Positions 63,879-64,000 of a stretch of 64,000 nt of DNA are shown here, in pieces. Source of the DNA: an uncultured cyanobacterium. Its GTDB lineage: Bacteria > Cyanobacteriota > Cyanobacteriia > Cyanobacteriales > Cyanobacteriaceae. Every line of letters starts with the position of its first letter. Within the stretch, counting starts at the first letter, position 1. The DNA lies in NCBI GenBank assembly GCA_963710605.1, contig CAVQBA010000004.1, positions 1,088,001-1,152,000 on the forward strand, in the 5' to 3' direction. Position numbers and translations under genes: made by a program. Below the pieces are notes generated by a model that saw nothing but the letters and a program-made list of their open reading frames with translations, was not told where the DNA came from and searched no databases.

Positions 63879-64000
63879 AAGTAAAAAGTGGAAAGTATTG
63901 ATTATCAATTATCAATTGCTATGTATTTTTCAAGAATATTTAATACTTGTGTACGATTAAAAGGTTTTAAAATGTAGTCTGTCGCACCAAGACTATAACT

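Overview
Low-GC (AT-rich) chromosomal segment of a cyanobacterium, with very frequent CGATCG/GCGATCGC (HIP1) sites; a Cyanobacterium/Geminocystis-like host is my inference. Core genes include pepN, nirA (with NtcA and NtcB-type boxes), htpG, ruvC, tRNA-Thr(UGU), pgk, eno, urtB, birA, pyrR, a PP2C/ABC1-kinase operon, metK, leuC, a GT39/ArnT-like glycosyltransferase and thioredoxin. There is one complete IS200/IS605 element (tnpA+tnpB) and several families of MITEs and small repeats. The most unusual feature occurs twice. Stacks of small toxin/antitoxin, immunity and signalling cassettes lie downstream of a core gene (htpG, 10.7-12.8 kb; the glycosyltransferase, 48.5-58.0 kb), and they are separated by copies of that gene's own 3' end. 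The copies differ from the resident gene mostly at synonymous positions and decay with distance from it. Most break off at a CGATCG HIP1 core, and one junction (56369-56374) fuses two different genes in register at their shared CGATCG. My inference is an integron-like cassette-accretion process with no integrase in this window, in which an incoming allele replaces the gene end and the other crossover falls at HIP1. Several single-base lesions in essential genes suggest assembly errors. Identity counts are by eye.
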